Of a stretch of DNA of 64,000 bases, positions 28,575-39,396 are shown piece by piece; the stretch's first letter is position 1; every line of letters begins with the position of its first letter. A program made the translations under genes and the position numbers. The stretch lies in the NCBI GenBank assembly GCA_963778115.1, contig CAVZSV010000004.1:384001-448000 (forward strand), given 5' to 3'. The notes beneath the pieces are model-generated. The model had not been told where the DNA came from. It searched no databases and was given only the letters and a program-made list of their open reading frames with translations. This DNA is from an uncultured delta proteobacterium (GTDB lineage: Bacteria; Bdellovibrionota; FAC87; UBA2466).

Positions 28575-31500
28575 AAGATCTTCTGAATTTCTTCGATAAG
28601 CCGAAGGATCCGTTGAGCTTTACGGCCGTCAAAATTTCTTTGGCGAGCCCAGAGAAGATCCGGTCCTGGTCTTATGGAGAGGTTAAGAAGCCGGAAACGA
28701 TCAACTACCGCACCTTTAAACCGGAGCGGGACGGTCTTTTCTGCGCTAAGATCTTTGGACCGGTAAAAGACTACGAATGTAACTGCGGTAAGTACAAGCG
28801 AATGAAACACCGTGGTGTCGTTTGCGAAAAGTGCGGTGTCGAAGTCATTCAGTCTAAAGTACGCCGTGAGCGGCTGGGTCATATTGAACTAGCTACTCCG
28901 GTGGCTCATATCTGGTTCCTTCGCAGTCTTCCGAGTCGAATCGGTGCTGTTTTAGATATCTCTCTAAAGAATTTAGAGCGCGTTCTTTATTGCGAAGCCT
29001 ACGTCTGTACGGATCCTGGAAAATCAGAACTTAAGAAGGGCGAAATCCTAACCGAGGACGACTATTCCAACGCTCGCAAGGAATGGAAACAAGATTTCAA
29101 AGCGGCCATGGGTGCGGAAGCCGTTCGCGACATGCTCAAAGAGGTGGACTGCGAACTTCTAGCGCGTGACCTTCGTTTAGCTTTGGCCAAGACCTCGAGT
29201 GAAACCGTTCAAAAGGCCCTTTCTAAGCGCCTAAAGGTCGTGGAAGCTTTCAAAAGCTCGGGCAATCGTCCTGAATGGATGATGCTCGAAGTGATCCCAG
29301 TCATTCCGCCCGATCTGCGTCCTTTGGTTCCTTTGGATGGCGGCCGGTTTGCAACTTCGGATCTTAATGACCTTTATCGTCGAGTAATCAACCGCAACAA
29401 CCGCTTGAAGCGTCTTCAAGAGCTCAATGCCCCTGAGATCATCATTCGTAACGAAAAGCGAATGCTGCAAGAAGCGGTCGATGCCTTATTCGATAACGGA
29501 CGTCGGGGAAGAACCTTCACCGGACCCAACAAACGTCCGCTTCGCTCCTTGAGTGACATGCTCAAAGGTAAGCAGGGTCGTTTCCGTCAGAACCTTTTAG
29601 GAAAACGCGTGGACTACTCTGGCCGGTCGGTCATCGTGGTTGGTCCCGAGCTGAAACTGCACCAGTGCGGTCTTCCCAAGAAGATGGCCTTGGAGCTTTT
29701 CAAGCCCTTCATTTTTAACAAGCTTGAGGAACGCGGTTACGTCACCACCATCAAGAGTGCCAAGAAGATGGTGGAGAAAGAAAAAGAAGAAGTTTGGGAT
29801 ATTTTGGACGAAGTGGTGAAAGAGCATCCTGTGCTCCTAAACCGAGCTCCAACGCTCCATCGTTTGGGTATTCAGGCGTTTGAGCCTGTCCTTATCGAAG
29901 GTAAAGCGATTCAGCTCCACCCGTTAGTGTGTCAGACCTTTAACGCGGATTTCGACGGCGATCAGATGGCGGTACACGTTCCTTTGAGCGTTGAAGCGCA
30001 ATTGGAAGCCCGCGTTCTGATGATGTCCACCAATAACATTTTGTCTCCGGCGTATGGAAAGCCGATTATCGATCCGACTCAGGATATCGTGTTGGGTGCC
30101 TACTACATGACCCAGCAGCGGGTGGCTCTAAAAGGAGAAGGAAAGCGATTTTCTAATCCGGCGGAAGCCATTTACGCCTTCCATGTGGGCGAAGTCGACC
30201 TCCATGCCAAGATCACGGTTCGTCTTTCTGACAAGAAATACGAAACTTCGGTCGGACGTCTCATTCTTCGGGAAATTATCCCGACTGAGATTCCCTTCGA
30301 TGAATACAACCGTGTCATGGACAAGCGCGCTTTGGCCGAGCTGATGGACATGTGTTATCGGATGGCTGGTAATAAACGCACGGTAATGCTCGCGGATAGG
30401 CTACGAACCTTAGGTTTCGAATACGCCACCAAAGCCGGTGTGAGCATTTGTATGCAGGACATGAAGATTCCTTCGAAGAAGGCAGCCCTGTTAGATGCCG
30501 CTTATACCGAAGTCCAAGAGATTCAAAATCAGTACACCGAAGGTCTCATCACGGACGGCGAGCGCTATAACAAAGTCATCGATATTTGGGCGCAGGTCAC
30601 CGAACAGGTCGCCGAGCAGATGATGGAAGAGTTGTCAGTCGACTTCGTCTTGGATGCTTCGGGCAAAAAGATTCCTCTAACCAGCTTAAACTCCATTTAT
30701 ATGATGGCTGATTCTGGCGCCCGAGGTAGTGCGGCACAGATTAAGCAGTTGGCCGGTATGCGCGGTTTGATGGCTCGTCCGTCGGGCGAAATCATTGAAA
30801 CTCCGATTACCGCTAACTTCCGTGAAGGCTTGGATGCGCTGCAGTACTTCATTTCGACTCACGGAGCTCGAAAAGGTTTGGCTGATACCGCTTTGAAGAC
30901 CGCTCATTCCGGATATCTGACGCGTCGTTTAGTAGACGTCGCCCAGGATATCGTCGTGAACGAAATCGATTGTAAGACAACAGATGGCATTGAAATCACG
31001 GCCCTCGTAGAGGGTGGTGAAATCATCGAAGCCATCGGAGATCGTATCTTAGGTCGAGTAGCACTTGATGACATCAAAGACCCGTACAACGATCAGGTTC
31101 TGGTGAAGGCCAATGATCCTATCGATGAAGATCGGATGCGGATCATTGAAGAGGCCGGCATTGAGAAGGTTACCATCCGCTCAGGTCTTACCTGCCGCGC
31201 AACCACGGGTATTTGCTGTCTGTGCTACGGTCGCGACCTTTCTCGCGGACACTTGGTGAATATCGGTGAAGCGGTGGGAATTATCGCGGCACAAAGTATC
31301 GGGGAACCCGGAACCCAGCTAACGATGCGTACCTTCCACGTGGGAGGAACCGCAACGAGACGTGCCGAACAGAGTTCACTCGAAATTCGCCACGACGGTC
31401 TTATCAAACTCATTCGAGTCAATTTGGTAAAAGATCGCCATGATACGTTCACGGTCATGAACCGAAACGGAGAGCTTGCGATCTTGGACGACAGCGGTCG

Positions 31501-32701
31501 TGAAAGAGAACGTTATACTTTGGTTTACGGAGCTAAACTGAGCGTCCAAGACGGAGCGCGAGTTACCAAAGGAACGGTAGTAGCGACCTGGGATCCTTAC
31601 ACAGTACCAGTGCTCACCGAGCAAGGCGGTAAGGTCTCCTTCGTGGATATTTCCGAAGGTATGTCGCTCTCTGAACAGGTGGACGAAGTCACAGGCTTAA
31701 GCCGACGCGTTATCATCGATTCCAGGGATACCGACCTTCGCCCGCGGATCGTCATTCTCGATGACCAAAAGAATCCGAAAGCGACCTACCAGTTGCCCAT
31801 CGGTGCTAACATCGTGGTGTTCGATAACGATGCCATCTTCCCTGGCGATGCGATTGCCAAGATTCCTCGCGAGACGACGAAAACCAAGGATATCACCGGA
31901 GGTCTTCCGCGGGTTGCCGAGCTCTTCGAAGCTCGTAAGCCCAAAGAGTGTGCCGCCATCAGTGAAATCGACGGTCAAATCTCTTTCGGTAAGGACAGCA
32001 AAGGAAAGCGTAAACTTATCGTAACCCCCGAGCATGGCGAGCCGCATGAATACCTTATTCCTAAAGGCAAGCACATCTCGGTACGCGACGGAGACCATGT
32101 CCGAGCTGGTGAGCCTTTGATGGATGGAGCGGCTAACCCGCACGACATCTTAAAGATCTTGGGAGAGAAGGCTTTAGCCAAGTATCTCGTGGACGAAGTC
32201 CAAGAGGTCTATCGATTGCAGGGTGTGCGTATCAACGACAAGCACATCGAGTTGATCGTACGACAGATGCTCAAGCGCGTTCGCATCAGCGAGACGGGTG
32301 ACACCGACTTCTTATTGGGTGAGCACATCGAACGGTTTAAGTTCGAAGACGAGAACGAGAGAGTTAAAAAGCTTGGCAAGAAGCCGGCAGCTGCCGAGCC
32401 CTTACTGCTTGGTATCACCAAAGCCTCACTTTCGACGGAAAGCTTTATCTCCGCGGCCTCGTTCCAAGAGACCACGAAGGTGCTTACGGAAGCCGCTGTT
32501 CAAGGCAAGATCGATAGGCTTCGCGGCTTGAAAGAGAACGTCATCATGGGACGGCTCATTCCGGCAGGAACCGGTCTTGAGAGCTACCGTCGCATTGGCA
32601 TCCAAATCAATGCGGAAGAGTCCGCTGACGCCGAAGAGCCGACGATGACAGCAGCCGAGGCAAGTAACCTAGTTGCTGTGGGCAGCGAAGCAAAACTCTA
32701 A
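28571..32701 (+). CDS. rpoC: RNA polymerase beta' subunit
   Basis: NADFDGDQM catalytic motif, N-terminal Zn-ribbon cysteines. Confidence 0.99.
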   Translation: MKDLLNFFDKPKDPLSFTAVKISLASPEKIRSWSYGEVKKPETINYRTFKPERDGLFCAKIFGPVKDYECNCGKYKRMKHRGVVCEKCGVEVIQSKVRRERLGHIELATPVAHIWFLRSLPSRIGAVLDISLKNLERVLYCEAYVCTDPGKSELKKGEILTEDDYSNARKEWKQDFKAAMGAEAVRDMLKEVDCELLARDLRLALAKTSSETVQKALSKRLKVVEAFKSSGNRPEWMMLEVIPVIPPDLRPLVPLDGGRFATSDLNDLYRRVINRNNRLKRLQELNAPEIIIRNEKRMLQEAVDALFDNGRRGRTFTGPNKRPLRSLSDMLKGKQGRFRQNLLGKRVDYSGRSVIVVGPELKLHQCGLPKKMALELFKPFIFNKLEERGYVTTIKSAKKMVEKEKEEVWDILDEVVKEHPVLLNRAPTLHRLGIQAFEPVLIEGKAIQLHPLVCQTFNADFDGDQMAVHVPLSVEAQLEARVLMMSTNNILSPAYGKPIIDPTQDIVLGAYYMTQQRVALKGEGKRFSNPAEAIYAFHVGEVDLHAKITVRLSDKKYETSVGRLILREIIPTEIPFDEYNRVMDKRALAELMDMCYRMAGNKRTVMLADRLRTLGFEYATKAGVSICMQDMKIPSKKAALLDAAYTEVQEIQNQYTEGLITDGERYNKVIDIWAQVTEQVAEQMMEELSVDFVLDASGKKIPLTSLNSIYMMADSGARGSAAQIKQLAGMRGLMARPSGEIIETPITANFREGLDALQYFISTHGARKGLADTALKTAHSGYLTRRLVDVAQDIVVNEIDCKTTDGIEITALVEGGEIIEAIGDRILGRVALDDIKDPYNDQVLVKANDPIDEDRMRIIEEAGIEKVTIRSGLTCRATTGICCLCYGRDLSRGHLVNIGEAVGIIAAQSIGEPGTQLTMRTFHVGGTATRRAEQSSLEIRHDGLIKLIRVNLVKDRHDTFTVMNRNGELAILDDSGRERERYTLVYGAKLSVQDGARVTKGTVVATWDPYTVPVLTEQGGKVSFVDISEGMSLSEQVDEVTGLSRRVIIDSRDTDLRPRIVILDDQKNPKATYQLPIGANIVVFDNDAIFPGDAIAKIPRETTKTKDITGGLPRVAELFEARKPKECAAISEIDGQISFGKDSKGKRKLIVTPEHGEPHEYLIPKGKHISVRDGDHVRAGEPLMDGAANPHDILKILGEKALAKYLVDEVQEVYRLQGVRINDKHIELIVRQMLKRVRISETGDTDFLLGEHIERFKFEDENERVKKLGKKPAAAEPLLLGITKASLSTESFISAASFQETTKVLTEAAVQGKIDRLRGLKENVIMGRLIPAGTGLESYRRIGIQINAEESADAEEPTMTAAEASNLVAVGSEAKL

Positions 32702-32719
32702 GATTTAAGTATTGGGATG

Positions 32720-32760
32720 ACCCGCGAAGTCCGATGGCTTTCGCGGGTTTTTCTTTTTTT
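32720..32760 (+). terminator. Intrinsic terminator after rpoC
   Basis: ACCCGCGAA...TTCGCGGGT stem followed by a long T tract. Confidence 0.92.
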
Positions 32761-32821
32761 GGAGACTCTTTACCCATGCTGTGATCGGGGCAAAAGCTTC
32801 GTCCCTCTGTTATAATTAGCT

Positions 32822-34039
32822 ATGTTTAGAGGGGCGAAATTCCTATTTCTGCTTTTGCTGATGCTAATCTCCCCACGCGCTTGGAGTTACAGCAGGGTGG
32901 GACTCGTCTGCCTACCTGCCGATCCGATTATCATCTTCGGCTGTGCAAACTTTGAAGCCATCCTTACGAAGGCGGGGCTGGAGGTAGTGCGCATCGATGT
33001 GAAGAGTACCGAGGACGTGACAACGGTTCTCCCATCGAAACTAAAGGCCGCCAATCTCGACGCCAATGCCCCCATCGTAATCCACGGTCACGGCGAAAGG
33101 GGAACGCCGGAAAAAGGTACCACACAGATGGTTTTCGAGAATCAGGATATTGGAAAAATATTGCGTGGAGAGCATGTCTTTCCCTTAAAGCTATTGTCCG
33201 ATGAGATTCGTAAGGTAGCTCCGGAAAATCCCGTATGGCTCGCTTCATGCGAAGCGGGCTGTGGAAAATCCCTGGGCGACCGGTGTATGGGATTCTCATG
33301 CCTTCAAGGTGAAGACTCCTACGGAACCTACAAAGGGCAGAGACCCAAAGTCGCAGTCGCCATCCCTGGCGGGAATGTAAATGAATCCAGCATGGAAATG
33401 ACGCTTCGAGTGATAGCAGACCTACTCACCGACGAAAATGCTTTTCGAAAGGCGGATACGAATCATGATGGGAAAATCGAACCAGAAGAACTCTCGGGTG
33501 CTTTTTGCGAACGCTTCGGAGTCAAAGAAGATCTGGCTTTTTTCACATTGAATCCGAGCCTCGCGGAACAGCAGAAAGAGGTAACGCTTATCGCAAATCG
33601 AGCCGAGGTTGAGAAGAAAGCGGAAGCCTTGCGAAAACTTCATCCCACGGACGAAGTGAGTATTACCACCTTTCAAACCGTGTGGCTCACGTTCCTATAT
33701 GCCGATGGACAAGAGTCACAGAGGCAAAGAGAATACTTGGGCTCTATCCCTCCCCTAGCAAACATCGAAATGGCAAATGAGCTGGCTAAGAAAATATATG
33801 GTAAAGAATGGCCCGATCAATGTGAGGATAGGAATCCGCCCGGCGCCAGCCGCTATCACTGTAAAATTGAAATAGGGGGTAATGATTCGATGGTGCTTCG
33901 CAGGAAGCTACCCGCTAAGACCTGTTACCAGGGCTATCAATCGGATGGTAAAGTCCACGCGCAATCGCCCGATCCCAATAATTTCATCTTACACCAACCC
34001 ACGCTGCCGCCCAGAGTCCATTCGGAACTTTCCAAATGA
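32822..34039 (+). CDS. Exported caspase-fold (clan CD)-like cysteine protease with EF-hand-like loop
   Basis: Signal peptide. VIHGHG and WLASCEAG His/Cys dyad motifs. ADTNHDGKIEPEEL loop. Confidence 0.6.
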   Translation: MFRGAKFLFLLLLMLISPRAWSYSRVGLVCLPADPIIIFGCANFEAILTKAGLEVVRIDVKSTEDVTTVLPSKLKAANLDANAPIVIHGHGERGTPEKGTTQMVFENQDIGKILRGEHVFPLKLLSDEIRKVAPENPVWLASCEAGCGKSLGDRCMGFSCLQGEDSYGTYKGQRPKVAVAIPGGNVNESSMEMTLRVIADLLTDENAFRKADTNHDGKIEPEELSGAFCERFGVKEDLAFFTLNPSLAEQQKEVTLIANRAEVEKKAEALRKLHPTDEVSITTFQTVWLTFLYADGQESQRQREYLGSIPPLANIEMANELAKKIYGKEWPDQCEDRNPPGASRYHCKIEIGGNDSMVLRRKLPAKTCYQGYQSDGKVHAQSPDPNNFILHQPTLPPRVHSELSK

Positions 34040-34113
34040 GGTGAAAGGCCCGACCATTTAGACGGGAATTAATTTTCAGTTGACGCGTCAAGTAAGGACA
34101 CTCGCGCGAATGC

Positions 34114-34392
34114 TTAGATTCGAATTCGTTTACGAAGAGTGGCGAACTTCTCTTGAGTCTTCTCTTTGGCGAGTTCACAGGCATCCAGCGCCAAGCGCAC
34201 TAATAGACCTGTCACAATAGCGCGAGTCGAGGCATTCCCCGAGCCAGTACCGACGCGCATTGGCTCGCTGGCGGGAATATCATTTCGATAGGGCCGTTCT
34301 TCCATGGCGGCACCCAGGGGGGCGGACACGGTCTTTTTCTTTATCTTGGCCCGTTTCTTTTCGGTGTTTTTGAGAACCTGATCTAATTCCAT
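34114..34392 (-). CDS. Small basic hypothetical protein coupled to ParA
   Basis: Its start overlaps the ParA stop (TAATG). Confidence 0.65.
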   Translation of the reverse strand: MELDQVLKNTEKKRAKIKKKTVSAPLGAAMEERPYRNDIPASEPMRVGTGSGNASTRAIVTGLLVRLALDACELAKEKTQEKFATLRKRIRI

Positions 34393-35357
34393 TACGCGTT
34401 GCCTCCCCAGTGGGTCTCTTTCCAGTCGCTTATCCCCACTAGTTCTTGAACGAATTGGTCGACATCCTCACGGAATACCGACCGTTTTGAAGAATCAAAT
34501 ACCGAACGAGAATCGAAGATGGCGTTTTTAACGGAGGCATCCGTTCGGATCACGACCGGCATGACAGCCTTCGAATAGCGCTCATTCTTAGAAAGCTCGT
34601 GGATGTAAAATGCTCCCAATCGTTCCCGGGCGTCAAAGCGATTCCAAATAATTCGGTAATCGAAGCCCAGCTTAAAATCTTCCCTTACCCTCTCAAGTTC
34701 CGAAACGGTGAATTCCAAGCCGTCTAGAGCGTAAGGGTCCGGATTAATAGGAATCAAGACAATGTCAGAGGCACAGGTTGCCGCAGTATTGATCTTATTA
34801 ATAGCCGGGGGACAATCCATTACGACTAAATCGTACCTGTCTCGAATCGGTGCCAACTTATCCCCGATGAGATCTCTTAAATTGGAAGCCGAACCGCTGA
34901 GTTCCACATCTAACCTAGAATTATTTAGATTCGAAGGGATGACATGAAGGGTATCGGTAACCTCGACAATCGCCTCTTCGGCTGCAATCCGATCGCGAAA
35001 GAGGTTAAGCCAAACATATTTGTCTCGGGATTGAATATTAAAGGATCGGGAGAGATTTCCCTGCTGGTCGAAATCGATGCAGAGCACTCGGGCCCCATAT
35101 TGATAGGCACGAACGGCTAGAGAATACGATAGCGAAGTCTTCCCCGTACCCCCTTTTACAATTTGAAACGAAATGTTTCGTTTCGGATAGCCAAAGCCAC
35201 GGTCCTCAAAAAGTCTACGGATCTGAGAAGGAGTAACGCCTCGCTTCTTCGGAGGCTCGGTAACCGAAATATTTTCTACCAGGCCCTGAAGATCGGTAAA
35301 GGTAAGAGGACTCTGTGAATCGGCTTCTGCTTTGGATTTGGATTTGGTCTCTTCCAT
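34392..35357 (-). CDS. ParA/Soj-family ATPase with N-terminal extension
   Basis: KGGTGKT deviant Walker A, IDFDQQGNLS, MDCPP. Confidence 0.92.
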   Translation of the reverse strand: MEETKSKSKAEADSQSPLTFTDLQGLVENISVTEPPKKRGVTPSQIRRLFEDRGFGYPKRNISFQIVKGGTGKTSLSYSLAVRAYQYGARVLCIDFDQQGNLSRSFNIQSRDKYVWLNLFRDRIAAEEAIVEVTDTLHVIPSNLNNSRLDVELSGSASNLRDLIGDKLAPIRDRYDLVVMDCPPAINKINTAATCASDIVLIPINPDPYALDGLEFTVSELERVREDFKLGFDYRIIWNRFDARERLGAFYIHELSKNERYSKAVMPVVIRTDASVKNAIFDSRSVFDSSKRSVFREDVDQFVQELVGISDWKETHWGGNA

Positions 35358-35391
35358 CGCACGTTAGGGTACTATGATTTTAGGCATAACC

Positions 35392-37569
35392 CTATTTTTT
35401 TTTGGAAAGCTTAATCGCGGCCTCATTGGGACCGGCCTGATTTTCCACCTGCCCGATCACAAAACCCGTAATTCCCTGCTCGGAGAGTTTGTGCACCAGA
35501 GCATCAACCCTATCTTCACCGACACCACAAAGGAGTCCTCCGGAAGTCTGAGGGTCAAATAAGACGGGGGCTTCAGATGTCTCAAGCTTTATCTGATTTT
35601 GAAACTTAGCGTTATGAGCGTATAAAGTGCTCTGAATTCCCAGGTTCGTGACTTCTTGATAGCCTTCAAACATCGGCAAATTCTCAATCCACAAACGAGC
35701 CGACATTTTGCTCTGGCTTAGCATCTCAAGCAAATGGCCCGCCAATCCAAATCCCGTAACGTCGGTAGCCGCGGTGACATTTGCCGCAGCAAATTGGCTT
35801 GCCGCGATCGCATTGGATTGGGTCATCGATTTTAGTAAAGCTTGTAGCCACTGCGCCTCGCATCGGCCCTGCATTTGGGCCGCGAGCAAGGCGCCACTTC
35901 CCAATGGCTTGGTGAGAAGCAATACGTCTTTCGGCTTTAGATTGGCCTTTCGAAACATCTGGCCCTGTTCAAGGAAACCGGTGATGGTAAAGCCCACGGA
36001 AAGCTCTGGCCCTTGAGCGCTGTGGCCGCCAATAAGATGAATGGCATTCGCTTGAAAAAATTCGACAGCCCCCGAAAGTATCTGAAAGAGCAACTCTTGT
36101 TGTAGCGAATTTGAGGCAAACGGAACGGTTACTAAGGCCAATGCGGAAAAAGGTTTCGCATTCTTGGCATAAAGATCACTCGTGGCATTGGCCGCAGCGA
36201 CCTGCCCCATCAAAAAAGGATCCTCTAGAAAGGAACGAAAAAAATCGGTCGTTTGCGCGATAAGCTTCCCTTGAGGGACTCGCATCACAGCAACGTCCTC
36301 CGCATCTTTGACACCGACTAAGACATCGGGATGGGAACCAATCTTAAGACGAGACAAAGCGTCGTGCAAAACAGAGGATGGAATTTTTGCGGCACAGCCT
36401 CCACACGGCATCTGTTCATGATTCGCCGTTGTCATCGCAGGCAATGAGCGAAACTTATCCAGCCATTTCTCGTCAATAGTCTTCTTCCACTGCGAAATCC
36501 ATTTGGCTTTCAGCGCTGCCTTCCCATAACTCATAATCGCCTCTCCATCGCAAGTATTGAGCAAAGCAAGTGCCCGCTTCTGCGGACGATAAGATTCTAG
36601 TTTCCTCCCCGTGAGGGCACTCACAATATTGCGATAGAGCACCGGCCCTTCCCGTACCGCAAAGACTCCTGCTTTAGGGAGATCGGGAAAGCCTTCGAGC
36701 GAAATACTATCCCCTACCGCAAAACCGTTCTCATATCCTAGTATCTCAAGGGTTGCCTTGGCCTTGAGAAATCCGCGATCGTCCTTTTCTGCCGCAGCTT
36801 CGGCCATCCATGGCCAGGGTTCCGACTGAACTGCCCAGATAAAAGCATCGTAGGGAATCTCATTAGTGTGCGTGTAAAGATGGGTGGCATCGGCCCGCAA
36901 TACCCAAGTAGAAAGGCTTACTGAAATGCCCTGTTCAGACAAAGTCTTTGCAAAGGCTTTCGAAACGGCGACAGAATGGCCCGGAAGAAGAACAGAAGAG
37001 GACTGTAGTATTTCCAGCGAGATCTTTTCTGGAAAGCCCGTGAACGCCTTTCTTATAGCGCACGCAATCTCACATCCTCCGGCGCCACCACCGATGACTA
37101 CCCATCGAAAAGGCCGCGGCCGTTGCGTAAGGCTATTTCTTATCTGTTCGATCCTTGAAACGAGTCCCGATAAAGGCTTGGTAATAATTCCGTACCTTTC
37201 TATACCAGCTTCCAAAGGAACTTTCGGTCGAGAGCCCACATTGAGAGAGATGAGATCGAACCCCATAGGAGGCCGTCCTACTAATTCCATGGTATGGCTT
37301 GAAAGATCTAAGGAGGATACCGAGGCATGGATGAGTCCTACTTTGGCTTTGGCGCAAAGTTGCACAAGATCGACCGAAATATCTTTTAACCCCCTTTCTC
37401 CTGCGATACAGGCAGGAACCAAAGCGGAATAAGGGGCGGAAAGAGACTCGTTTACCAGAACGACCCTCACCCCGGAAACCGGTTTCATGGCCCACATACG
37501 AACCAGCTGTAAATGGGCGTTTCCAGCTCCGACCAAGAGAAGAGTTTTATTCAGGGGGAAACTTACCAC
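35392..37569 (-). CDS. selD: Selenophosphate synthetase fused to an N-terminal FAD-dependent oxidoreductase domain
   Basis: LVGAGNAH and IGGGAGG Rossmann motifs, PKAGVFAVR. CGGCAAKI, LIGGHS, TDVTGFGLAGH, DPQTSGGLL. Confidence 0.93.
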   Translation of the reverse strand: MVSFPLNKTLLLVGAGNAHLQLVRMWAMKPVSGVRVVLVNESLSAPYSALVPACIAGERGLKDISVDLVQLCAKAKVGLIHASVSSLDLSSHTMELVGRPPMGFDLISLNVGSRPKVPLEAGIERYGIITKPLSGLVSRIEQIRNSLTQRPRPFRWVVIGGGAGGCEIACAIRKAFTGFPEKISLEILQSSSVLLPGHSVAVSKAFAKTLSEQGISVSLSTWVLRADATHLYTHTNEIPYDAFIWAVQSEPWPWMAEAAAEKDDRGFLKAKATLEILGYENGFAVGDSISLEGFPDLPKAGVFAVREGPVLYRNIVSALTGRKLESYRPQKRALALLNTCDGEAIMSYGKAALKAKWISQWKKTIDEKWLDKFRSLPAMTTANHEQMPCGGCAAKIPSSVLHDALSRLKIGSHPDVLVGVKDAEDVAVMRVPQGKLIAQTTDFFRSFLEDPFLMGQVAAANATSDLYAKNAKPFSALALVTVPFASNSLQQELLFQILSGAVEFFQANAIHLIGGHSAQGPELSVGFTITGFLEQGQMFRKANLKPKDVLLLTKPLGSGALLAAQMQGRCEAQWLQALLKSMTQSNAIAASQFAAANVTAATDVTGFGLAGHLLEMLSQSKMSARLWIENLPMFEGYQEVTNLGIQSTLYAHNAKFQNQIKLETSEAPVLFDPQTSGGLLCGVGEDRVDALVHKLSEQGITGFVIGQVENQAGPNEAAIKLSKKK

Positions 37570-38471
37570 GCCTTACTCGCAAATTCAGTGGAGTCGGCTT
37601 TGACCGTAATCTCACCTCTAACGAGTTCCACTGCCCTGAGCCAATGATGGTCTTCACGAACGGCGCGACTCTCCCATTGAGGGTCATACTTCTCGTCTCC
37701 CAATAACGGAAAGCCCAATGCCCCTAAATGAACACGGACTTGGTGAGTAACTCCCGTTTTGCACTCGACTAGGGCCAAAAATAATCCGTTCTGCCGACGA
37801 GCCTGTACCTTCATCGAGGTCGAAGCCGGAAGGACCGGCGGAATTATCTTGGTGCGCTCGCTCACCGTTGTCATTCTACCGCTTTTGCCGGAAGCATGGC
37901 AGATGGGAAGTTCGATTTCGTAATTTGCTCTCTGCGGATCTCCCCAACACCACGCTAGATATCTCTTTATGATCTGTTTTGACTCAAAAGCCTGGCGCCA
38001 CTGTTCGTAAGCGGCAGGGGTCTTTGCCACGATAAGAACCCCCGAAGTGTCGGTATCCAATCGATGGGGGGTTATAGTCGGCTGCGCTTGCGGAAATACT
38101 CGGGAAAGTTCTGGATAGCGGGCTAAAGCCCAGTGCGTCACCGTGGAGCGATCTAGAAGGGAAATCGGATGGCTGGGAACGCCCGCGGGTTTGTCCACCG
38201 CTAGCCATTCGGCTGATTCCTGAATAATCGATATCTCTAGCGGACAGGGTTGCTGGGTTAACGCTAAGAGATAGGCATCTAGTCCGGAGAAATCGAGCAT
38301 AGGCAATTCAAGCCGCTCTCCCTTGGCCACCCGGGCCCCGCCATCGCGGGTGATAAGTCCCTCAGAAAAGGCTTCTTCAATATGACGTCCCGTGAGATGG
38401 GGATAGCGCGTTTTAGCCAACTTATCCGCTCGTTCGAGAACTTTCGGGGGCGATTTAGACTTCCGTTCCAT
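37563..38471 (-). CDS. RluA-family pseudouridine synthase
   Basis: VDKPAG, HRLDTDTSG, TGVTHQVRVHL..LGFPLLGD. Confidence 0.93.
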   Translation of the reverse strand: MERKSKSPPKVLERADKLAKTRYPHLTGRHIEEAFSEGLITRDGGARVAKGERLELPMLDFSGLDAYLLALTQQPCPLEISIIQESAEWLAVDKPAGVPSHPISLLDRSTVTHWALARYPELSRVFPQAQPTITPHRLDTDTSGVLIVAKTPAAYEQWRQAFESKQIIKRYLAWCWGDPQRANYEIELPICHASGKSGRMTTVSERTKIIPPVLPASTSMKVQARRQNGLFLALVECKTGVTHQVRVHLGALGFPLLGDEKYDPQWESRAVREDHHWLRAVELVRGEITVKADSTEFASKAW

Positions 38472-38496
38472 AGGTAACTCCTTTATACCTCAGGAT

Positions 38497-39396
38497 GTGC
38501 GTTTACGAACCTCAACTCCCGATATTTTGGCCTGGGCTCGCCTTTTAGGGCAGACTCGGCGTTTTTTTGACGATCGCGGATTTGTCGAAGTATGGACACC
38601 TCAACTCGTGAGCGCTGGGGCCTTTGAGGCGGTTATCGACCCTCTTCGAGTAGCACCGGCGAGTTTGGAAGAACTTCATACTTCCCCCGAAATCGAGATG
38701 AAAGCGATTCTGGCTCAGATGGCCCAACCCCCTAGGCCCATTTACCAGATATGCAAAGTATTCCGAGATGACCCAGAAACTGAAATCCATTCCAAAGAAT
38801 TTACGATGTTGGAGTGGTACCAGCCGAATGCAACGATCGAGGAGCTTAAAGCGCTGACGAAGACTTATCTTTCTTCTATTTCCGCGACTCCCCTCAAATT
38901 CGAAGAGATTTCCATTTCTCAAAAGCTGCTGGAGAAAACGGGAATCGATATCGGCCGTCAAAACACCACTAGAGCATTGCGGAATCAAATTGAAAAGATG
39001 GGGACTCTCTCTTTGTCGACAGAAGAGGACTGGCAGTCGATGTACTTTAAACTCTTTATAGAGAAACTCGAGCCTGAATTATCGAGAGATAAGGTTACGA
39101 TTCTCTCCGGATTTCCGGCTCTAGTAAGCCCTTTGTCCGAAATTGGAAAAGATGGCTTCGCCAGTCGATTTGAAGTCTACGCAAAGGGAATGGAACTAGG
39201 AAACGGATGTACTGAACTTAGAGATGTCGAAGAGCTAAAGCGACGCTACGATCAACAAAGTGCCCACAGAATTAGGGAAGGGAAAAAGCCCCACCCCTTG
39301 CCGGAAAAATTATTCGAAGCAGCAAAGACCATGCCCCCTTGTTCGGGAATAGCGATAGGCCTGGATAGACTTTTTTCAACACTCTATTCGTCTTGA
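38497..39396 (+). CDS. epmA: EF-P lysine aminoacylase EpmA/GenX
   Basis: LHTSPEIEMK, IYQICKVFR, EFTMLEWY, RFEVY..GMELGNG, GIAIGLDRL. No anticodon-binding domain. Confidence 0.9.
   Translation: MRLRTSTPDILAWARLLGQTRRFFDDRGFVEVWTPQLVSAGAFEAVIDPLRVAPASLEELHTSPEIEMKAILAQMAQPPRPIYQICKVFRDDPETEIHSKEFTMLEWYQPNATIEELKALTKTYLSSISATPLKFEEISISQKLLEKTGIDIGRQNTTRALRNQIEKMGTLSLSTEEDWQSMYFKLFIEKLEPELSRDKVTILSGFPALVSPLSEIGKDGFASRFEVYAKGMELGNGCTELRDVEELKRRYDQQSAHRIREGKKPHPLPEKLFEAAKTMPPCSGIAIGLDRLFSTLYSS

Noticed and set aside
24468..32701. Many antisense and alternate-frame ORFs inside rpoB/rpoC (also in clpB, degP, pilQ)
   Set aside because: Shadow ORFs of long conserved genes with no independent motifs.
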